Positions 60,042-62,400 of a stretch of DNA of 62,400 nt are shown piece by piece (positions within the stretch are counted from its first letter, which is position 1; each line of letters opens with the position of its first letter). The position numbers and the translations under genes are program-made. The notes under the pieces were generated by a model. That model made no database searches. It was not told the origin of the DNA and saw nothing but the letters and a program-made list of their open reading frames with translations. Location: NCBI GenBank assembly GCA_029258835.1, contig JAPDJY010000037.1, positions 1 through 62,400 on the forward strand, given 5' to 3'. Source of the stretch: Thermoproteota archaeon (GTDB lineage: Archaea > Asgardarchaeota > Jordiarchaeia > Jordiarchaeales > Freyrarchaeaceae).

Positions 60042-60282
60042 AAATTAAAAGTCCACACGAAGCAATCACCCTACGTAAAACATTCGCCTAACTTTTTTAA
60101 CAGGATCCTTAAAGTCCTCGCTCTTTGAACACACATCTCCCAAGATGCTTTTAGCCACCTTCACACCCCCTTCTAAGCACGCAATCCCCCTCAAACATGA
60201 AAACTAAAGCAGATAAAAGAAAGAGTACCTCTAGAAAGGAGGGAAAGTGTCCGTCACCCGCCCTCCTTATCTCCGGATTTTT

Positions 60283-61260
60283 TCACGTAAGCTTGGCTCC
60301 GCAGTTAGGGCAGAACCTAGCATTGAATGGAACTGACGATCCACACTGAGGACAGAATCTTCCGCTTTTTGCTATTCTTTGCCCACAGTTACTGCAGAAC
60401 TTTGCGTTCTGAGAGTTTTGCGCTCCACAGTTAGGACAGATAACAAAGTTTTGAGGTTGAGGCTGCTGTAGGAGCGGTGGGAGGATAGCCACCCCAGCCC
60501 CAAAGGCTGCTCCGGAAGACCGCCCAAGAGCCTCCGCGCTTCTCTCAACGGCCTCCAACGTCCTCGCCCTCTCGCCCTCAACTTGGCCTGTTTGCAGCCA
60601 GAAGAGCCTCTCCCTGTACTCCGGTGTAGTATCCATTCCCTCAAACCTTAAGTCTATAAGGTCTATGCCAAGCCTCCTGAACTGCTCCCTAATTTTAACT
60701 TTAACCTTCATGCTCGTTTCATCCAGCTGAGTAAAAACATCCTGCAACCTAAATGCTGCAAGACTATCTATCACGTTCTCCAGTATGAACCCCCTAACGA
60801 ACTGGTTTACCGCATCGGTGGTGAACGCACTAGCATTACCAACAACTTCAACAACGAAAAGCTTTGGTTCCTCAACCTTAAACCAGAACGTACCATGAAA
60901 CTTTAACGGAGCCAAGTCCCTCGTCTGTCCCTGCCCTCCAAACCTCCCTTGAAACTGAGATGTTGAGACAAAAATAACCTCAGCTGCGAAAGCAGACTTA
61001 TCAAGCATTTGAAGCTTCTGTATAACCTTAGATATCAGTGGAAGATTAGCCGTCGTAAGTTGATGCCTTCCCGGACCAAGAACATCATATGCCTTCCCGT
61101 CCCTAAAAAAGACCGCCACTTGGTTCTCCCTAACTATCAGGTTTGATCCCCACTCTATCCTATCGTTAGGATACCTCCAAACTACCTCGTCACGACCACC
61201 CTTCCACTCTATAACCTTAGGCAACCTTACACCACTCATTCCTTTTATTCCTTTTTTCAC
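60283..61260 (-). CDS. SPFH-domain protein with double zinc ribbon (YdjI-like)
   Basis: VWRYP, LIVRENQVAVFFRDG, PGRHQLTTANLP; C-terminal CPNCG..FCSNCG..CPQCG..FCPNCG. Confidence 0.9.
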   Translation of the reverse strand: MKKGIKGMSGVRLPKVIEWKGGRDEVVWRYPNDRIEWGSNLIVRENQVAVFFRDGKAYDVLGPGRHQLTTANLPLISKVIQKLQMLDKSAFAAEVIFVSTSQFQGRFGGQGQTRDLAPLKFHGTFWFKVEEPKLFVVEVVGNASAFTTDAVNQFVRGFILENVIDSLAAFRLQDVFTQLDETSMKVKVKIREQFRRLGIDLIDLRFEGMDTTPEYRERLFWLQTGQVEGERARTLEAVERSAEALGRSSGAAFGAGVAILPPLLQQPQPQNFVICPNCGAQNSQNAKFCSNCGQRIAKSGRFCPQCGSSVPFNARFCPNCGAKLT

Positions 61261-61877
61261 TCTTTAATCTTCAACATACAATTCTCTCTATCACTAATTT
61301 TTTTATCGATGTCATCAAGAGTACGCCTCAGCCTGAAGATCTGCTGATAAACATCCTTAAAGTTACCTTGCTCCATTCGTCCCTTAAGACTTAAAACATC
61401 CCTGCGAAACACCTCGACATCCTCAAGAACCCCCGCGTCGAACTCGTAAAGCCTGTCAAGCTCCTCCTCTCTAATCTTCACGGCATCGAAAAACCCGGAG
61501 TACCCGTAATCAGCATGGTTAATCCTCTCCGAAACTCTGTCAAGCAACGCCATAAGCCTATCCATCTGATCCCAACTCTCACGAAGGTCATAGTCAATAA
61601 GCATCTCCTGAACCAAGCTCAAATTTGACCTGCACTCCCTCAACACACCATAAACATAGTTTCTAAGTATTTTATCAGTTTCTCTCCGAACTTCCTTAGC
61701 CTTATACCCGTGTTAGCCAGCCCGGAAAAACCAAGACTTATAGCCAGGTATAAGGCTCATCAACTTCTCCAGCAAATTCCTCTTAGCCTGCTTAGAAACC
61801 TCCTTCCTAATCCTCTCAGCAACATCCTCCTTCTTTCTCCTTCCAAACAACCACAAAAACACCACCCCATACTTCAT
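61257..61877 (-). CDS. Conserved hypothetical protein (SPFH operon leader), split by a putative 27-nt BHB intron: exon1 61877-61740, exon2 61712-61257
   Basis: Spliced product reads LLEKLMSLIPGY-HGYKAKEVRRETDKILR...ADYGYSGFFDAVKIREEELDRLYEFD; unspliced has in-frame TAA; start may be TTG at 61856. Confidence 0.75.
61713..61739 (-). other. Putative bulge-helix-bulge intron in mRNA
   Basis: GGCU-AUA-[AGUCUUGG UUUUU CCGGGCU]-GGCU-AAC; flanking 11-bp exon stem AGCCTTATACC/GGTATAAGGCT. Confidence 0.72.
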
Positions 61878-61930
61878 TCAAAACTATAACAGCAAAAAAC
61901 ACTTGAACTTATTAAGTGAAAAATGAGGAT

Positions 61931-61945
61931 AAAAAATTTATATCT
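61931..61945 (+). promoter_or_regulatory. BRE/TATA promoter of tRNA-Val
   Basis: AAAAAATTTATAT about 30 nt upstream of the tRNA. Confidence 0.6.
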
Positions 61946-61971
61946 GCGGCAAAAATCTAAACCCTGAGTGC

Positions 61972-62060
61972 GGGCGGGTAGTCTAGCGGTTATGACGCCA
62001 CACAATAGGGCGAAGCTTACGACGTGGAGGTCCCAGGTTCAAATCCTGGCCCGCCCACCA
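61972..62060 (+). tRNA. tRNA-Val(TAC) with 13-nt non-canonical BHB intron (62002-62014, position 30/31), CCA encoded
   Basis: Acceptor GGGCGGG/CCCGCCC, T-arm CCAGG-TTCAAAT-CCTGG; BHB CGCC-ACA...GGCG-AAG; spliced anticodon arm CCACG-CTTACGA-CGTGG. Confidence 0.92.
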
Positions 62061-62127
62061 ACCTCCTATTTTATCTTTCATTGAAGAAATTATTCTCTAA
62101 TAAATAATTAAGAAATTACTTGGTTTT

Positions 62128-62400
62128 TTACGCCTCGCTGAAAAGCTTTTTCAACCTATTCAACTCAGCTAACATAGCATTCCTTAACTCAGTAATAGAT
62201 GCAGCCTCAGATCTAGTTGTAACAGGTGCAACAGACGGCACACCAGTTGTCGGCGCTGCCGCTGGTGCTGCTGGTGGTGCTGATGGTGGGGCCTTTGGGG
62301 GTGCCGCTGGAGGTGCTTTTGGGGGTGCTGCTGGTGGGGCTGCTGGTGGGGCTGCTGGTGGGGCTGCTGGTGGGGCTGATGGTGGGGCCTTTGGGGGTGC
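62128..62400 (-). CDS. C-terminus of a Pro/Ala-rich protein ending in an amphipathic helix with LKK (5' part outside window)
   Basis: Manual translation (APPx)n...SITELRNAMLAELNRLKKLFSEA*; open for 91 codons. Confidence 0.8.
   Translation of the reverse strand, partial: APPKAPPSAPPAAPPAAPPAAPPAAPPKAPPAAPPKAPPSAPPAAPAAAPTTGVPSVAPVTTRSEAASITELRNAMLAELNRLKKLFSEA
62268..62400 (-). repeat. Coding tandem repeat, 12-bp unit (APPA/APPK/APPS)
   Basis: About 11 copies of a GCNCCNCCA-NNN unit, e.g. GGTGGGGCTGCT on the + strand. Confidence 0.9.

Noticed and set aside
61713-61747. 27-nt insert explained as a simple insertion with CTGGCTA target-site duplication
   Set aside because: Excision between the repeats leaves GGC TAA (stop). 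The repeat follows from the quasi-palindromic GGCU helix, and a TSD does not explain the 11-bp exon stem. Not fully excluded.
62268-62400. Tandem repeat as a CRISPR array
   Set aside because: 12-bp coding unit with no spacers; no CRISPR array was seen anywhere in the window.

Overview
The window joins two unrelated DNAs. Bases 1-~3365 are a GC-rich bacterial fragment (alaS 3' part, dnaN, tmk, truncated lspA) that stops abruptly, most likely at a contig join or contaminant. From ~3366 on, the sequence is an archaeal chromosome segment (TBP, Nop5/fibrillarin, SepCysS/SepCysE, BHB-intron tRNAs). It is rich in Asgard-type eukaryotic signature proteins: three roadblocks plus an MglA-type GTPase, a longin-Arf-like GTPase, C9orf72/NPRL2-like longin proteins, and a Pro-rich protein with a WH2-like tail. 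An Asgard archaeon is therefore inferred. It also carries pyrimidine and threonine biosynthesis genes, a bacterial-type GAPDH and an IS607 element with an amber-interrupted tnpB. The most notable observation is a 27-nt, stop-containing insertion (61713-61739, minus strand) in a conserved protein-coding gene. It folds into a bulge-helix-bulge motif clamped by an 11-bp exon-exon stem, and its removal restores the frame. This is a candidate archaeal mRNA intron in an SPFH/HtpX membrane quality-control locus. Both tRNA genes in the window also carry non-canonically placed BHB introns. All protein calls come from motif recognition, not database searches.
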